Under the pieces are notes generated by a model, which saw only the letters and a list, made by a program, of their open reading frames with translations, had not been told where the DNA came from and ran no database searches. Of a DNA stretch of 64,000 nucleotides, positions 63,981 through 64,000 are shown piece after piece. The first letter of the stretch is position 1. Each line of letters starts with the position of its first letter. Both the position numbers and the translations under genes were made by a program. The stretch is from Eledone cirrhosa (Eukaryota), in assembly GCA_964016885.1 (NCBI GenBank), contig OZ024745.1:118544001-118608000 (forward strand). The letters are read 5' to 3'.

Positions 63981-64000
63981 AAGAAACTGTATAGCTAGAT

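Overview
AT-rich, microsatellite-dense eukaryotic DNA with no intact protein-coding gene I can recognise. The repeat content (CORE- and Nin-like tRNA SINEs, RTE LINEs with (GAT)n tails, long TA/CA tracts) suggests an octopus/cephalopod intron or intergenic region; this is inference only. The largest elements are a near full-length disrupted RTE LINE with a PHD-like finger inside the RT region (about 23.85-27.56 kb), a bounded 4.8-kb Helitron with Rep and Pif1-helicase remnants (57.26-62.09 kb, minus strand), and a Buster/Charlie-type hAT element with a perfect 8-bp TSD whose 5' transposase half is replaced by a minisatellite (7.17-9.68 kb). Smaller items are a deleted mariner, several MITEs, fragments of R4-, CRE-, Vingi- and CR1-like LINEs, and a 25 x 42-bp minisatellite. 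The most unusual signal is about nine hammerhead-ribozyme-like motifs of the type found in Penelope-like element termini. One looks structurally intact (33428-33492, minus), and one appears to have been converted into a perfect 49-bp-arm palindrome. A few candidate minus-strand exons and a CpG-rich promoter-like segment near the window start are weakly supported. Most ORFs in the ORF track are simple-repeat artefacts. All coordinates were read by eye, and no database searches or folding computations were run.
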